A stretch of DNA of 57,456 nucleotides from a virus. Taxonomy: Duplodnaviria > Caudoviricetes. The first letter of the stretch is position 1, and each line of letters opens with the position of its first letter. The position numbers and the translations under genes were made by a program. The notes below the pieces were generated by a model that worked only from the letters and a program-made list of their open reading frames with translations, was not told the origin of the DNA and did no database searches. Of this stretch, positions 55,484 to 57,456 are shown in pieces. Location of the stretch: the IMG/VR virus record IMGVR_UViG_3300036823_000129, positions 1 to 57,456 of that record; one strand, written 5' to 3'.

Positions 55484-55756
55484 TCAAGCGGATCGTATCC
55501 GCTGCTCGTTGACAGCGTCTACGACCGCCGGCTCCAGAACATCCCAACCACCCGGACCCCAACTGGGATGTCGGCCGGCTCGACCTTCTCGCACATGAAG
55601 TGAAAGATCTCTGGCCGGCCGGTCTCCTCGACACCAGTCACGTGGTAGCCAGATCCGGCGTCGGTCACGAGGTACATCCCGAGCTCCGGTTGCTCGTTGC
55701 CGCTCCAGGTGAACCGACGCAGCCACACAACGGATCCGGACTGGCTTTCCGCGCAC
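55484..55756 (-). CDS. Hypothetical protein
   Basis: Abuts the recombinase stop codon; GAGGT RBS. Confidence 0.6.
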   Translation of the reverse strand: MRGKPVRIRCVAASVHLERQRATGARDVPRDRRRIWLPRDWCRGDRPARDLSLHVREGRAGRHPSWGPGGWDVLEPAVVDAVNEQRIRSA

Positions 55757-56320
55757 CTATTTCCAACCTCGCATCTCACGAGCGAGGTCGGCCGGGTTCG
55801 CGTGCAGATACCGCTGCGTCGTCGCGAGGCTCGCATGCCCCATCAGGAATCTGACCTTCTCGATGTCGAGGCGACGATCGGTGAGCCAGTAGTTGGCCGC
55901 GGTGTGACGGAGGATGTGCGGGTGGAGGTCTTCGATTCCGGCGCGGACGCCGTAGCGCTTCACGGTTTCCCGGAGCTGCGATGTCGCGACGAGCTTCCCG
56001 GTTCGGGTCGTGAAGAACCCGGGCCCAGCCCATCTTTCGGCGCGCCACGCTCGGAGGTAGGGCTCGAGCGCGGGTTCGATCGGGACGACCCGTTCCTTGT
56101 CGCCCTTGCCGTGGACGCGGATGAGGAACTGCTCGAGGTCGACGTCGCGGGGTTTGATCGTGACGACCTCTCCGGCGCGTAGGCCGGCGTAGAGCATCGT
56201 CGCGATCATCGCCCGGTCGCGCCGCGGTGTTTTCCACCTGGGCTCGGGCGCGGCCATCAGCTTGCGGCGCTCGTCGGGCGTGAGGGAGCGGGGGAGACGC
56301 TGCGGCTTGCGCTTCGCCAT
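55757..56320 (-). CDS. Short catalytic-domain-only tyrosine recombinase (187 aa)
   Basis: YAGLRAGE, HGKGDKER, HPHILRHT, MGH, TTQRY; no N-terminal core-binding domain. Confidence 0.93.
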   Translation of the reverse strand: MAKRKPQRLPRSLTPDERRKLMAAPEPRWKTPRRDRAMIATMLYAGLRAGEVVTIKPRDVDLEQFLIRVHGKGDKERVVPIEPALEPYLRAWRAERWAGPGFFTTRTGKLVATSQLRETVKRYGVRAGIEDLHPHILRHTAANYWLTDRRLDIEKVRFLMGHASLATTQRYLHANPADLAREMRGWK

Positions 56321-56338
56321 CGGCAGTCCTTGGAGAGG

Positions 56339-56573
56339 AAGGTCGGGACTGCCTCACGCCGCGCGAGCGGCCCCGAGAGGCCAGCCCACCGTAGCGAATA
56401 GCCGTCGAAAGCCTCCCGGAGTCCAGACAGGCTGTCCAGAAAACCCCTATCTTGCAGGGATTTCGGCCGGATTTAGAGTTAATCTCTAAACGCGGATAGG
56501 TGTCGGAAATCAGTCTTCTTGCCGACCATCCGCCTGGTTCCCGGGTGCGCCGAAAAGACCGACTGCTATCCGC
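56339..56573. repeat. Direct repeat block A, copy 2
   Basis: Matches 1-235 at offset 56338. Confidence 0.97.
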
Positions 56574-56760
56574 GCGAAACGCTGGCTTTGCGCTTGAGCG
56601 TGATCTGCACGGTCCCGTTCCCGTAGAACTGCATCGCGGCGATCTCCATTCGGCCGTCGGTGATGACCATGTAGTCGTCCTTGATCACCTTCGACTCTGT
56701 CTCGCCGGTCGCGATGTCTTCGCACGTGACGCGCGTGCCCTCGGTCGCCAGCTCGTTCAT
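56566..56760 (-). CDS. Small hypothetical protein (cargo gene 2 of module copy 2)
   Basis: MNELATEGTRVTC..., ATGA-coupled; the TAG stop lies inside the CTATCCGC box. Confidence 0.7.
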   Translation of the reverse strand: MNELATEGTRVTCEDIATGETESKVIKDDYMVITDGRMEIAAMQFYGNGTVQITLKRKASVSRG

Positions 56761-57071
56761 GCTGGCGGATTCGTCATGACGACCTCGACGATCGACAGCA
56801 ACCGATCCCGGGTCTTTCTCACGTCCTCGAGCGCATCCCTCGTCGCATCCGAAGTCTGCGTCGTCTCGCCGAGCGCGCGCGCGATCGCGTCCCACTCATC
56901 GAACGACAATCGGATCAGCGGCTTAATCTCGCCGCCAGGATCAGCGCCTTCGTAGATCACCTGGCCGTTCGGATCGAGCCCGACGGCCACGGCGAAGCTC
57001 TCGGCTGGCCCCGTCGCCATCCTGATTTCATAGCCGCGAGTGAACGGGTTGACCTCGACGGTCGCTCTCAC
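56757..57071 (-). CDS. Hypothetical protein (cargo gene 1 of module copy 2)
   Basis: GTGA-coupled to the conserved 71-aa gene. Confidence 0.7.
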   Translation of the reverse strand: MRATVEVNPFTRGYEIRMATGPAESFAVAVGLDPNGQVIYEGADPGGEIKPLIRLSFDEWDAIARALGETTQTSDATRDALEDVRKTRDRLLSIVEVVMTNPPA

Positions 57072-57283
57072 GCCGGCGCCCCGAGCTCGTCGCGTCCGAT
57101 CGGGCCGTGATGCGAGAACACGCGGGTGATCTCGCCGTCGCGGAGCTCGAACTCGATCCGCCAGTTCCCGTCGGCTGACTGGCCGCCCGTGATGAATCTC
57201 GCGACCTCGCTCATCAGGCTCCGGACGAGCGTGTTCAGCGCCGCAGGGTCATGCTCGCAATCGGCCGCATCCATCGCTTGCAC
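57068..57283 (-). CDS. Conserved 71-aa hypothetical protein, copy 2
   Basis: Near-identical to 627-845. Confidence 0.85.
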   Translation of the reverse strand: MQAMDAADCEHDPAALNTLVRSLMSEVARFITGGQSADGNWRIEFELRDGEITRVFSHHGPIGRDELGAPA

Positions 57284-57323
57284 ATTGTGCAGGACACTAC
57301 GGCTACTTGCAGATGTTTAGAGC
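57081..57323. repeat. Direct repeat block B, copy 2
   Basis: Matches 643-885. Confidence 0.97.
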
Positions 57324-57456
57324 ACCAGCCGCACCCTGTTCAGCGTTCGTCTCCGATCAGGAGGAAATGCAAGAGGGCTTCGTCGTGCCGAGCGTGTTCG
57401 CGAAGAGCGACCGCACGACAGCGGTCGAGTCAGAAGCAATTCCGCCATGAACTGTG

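Larger units (their letters stand above)
1..57456. mobile_element. Temperate siphovirus genome (HK97-like head, long non-contractile tail), roughly one unit length plus a diverged repeat of the start module
   Basis: Terminase, portal, protease-capsid, tail tube, frameshifted tail chaperone, tape measure, endolysin, integrase and a repressor/Cro pair lie in two divergent arms. No host housekeeping genes are seen. Confidence 0.95.

Noticed and set aside
57324-57456. Host DNA beyond an attR junction
   Set aside because: Only 133 bp with nothing diagnostic; it could equally be the 3' end of an alternative phage gene.

Overview
The window is a near-complete (~56.3 kb unit) temperate, HK97-like siphovirus genome of a high-GC actinobacterium. 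The host is probably Thermoleophilia/Gaiella-like; this is inferred from the phage-borne actinobacterial IHF and the gene style. A + strand arm (~1.95-27.1 kb) holds a Cro-like HTH, an SbcC/RecN-like ATPase, mIHF, a recombination module, an integrase with a candidate attP, three DNA methyltransferase-like genes plus a Mom/GNAT-like domain, several homing endonucleases, a replication initiator and a HigBA-like toxin-antitoxin operon. A - strand arm (~56.3 kb down to 27.1 kb) holds a short catalytic-only tyrosine recombinase, a LuxR-type regulator, a glycan-building cluster, HNH, terminase, portal, a fused S49 protease-capsid, tail genes (with a collagen-like protein, a GT2-TPR and an O-acyltransferase) and lysis genes. 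The most striking observations are: (1) an apparently late-expressed glycosylation and glycan-tailoring system (four glycosyltransferase-like genes, a deacetylase, a methyltransferase, WbqC and an acyltransferase) with a Thr-rich collagen-like candidate substrate; (2) two diverged copies of the module upstream of the short recombinase at the two window ends, each holding a different two-gene cargo whose last stop codon falls at the same position in a conserved inverted-repeat box; (3) antisense inserted genes spanned by sense-strand 'bridge' ORFs; (4) a G9 tract that switches a Mom-like gene and dam between fused and separate; (5) a gene split by a local inversion. All family calls come from motif recognition by eye, with no database search.
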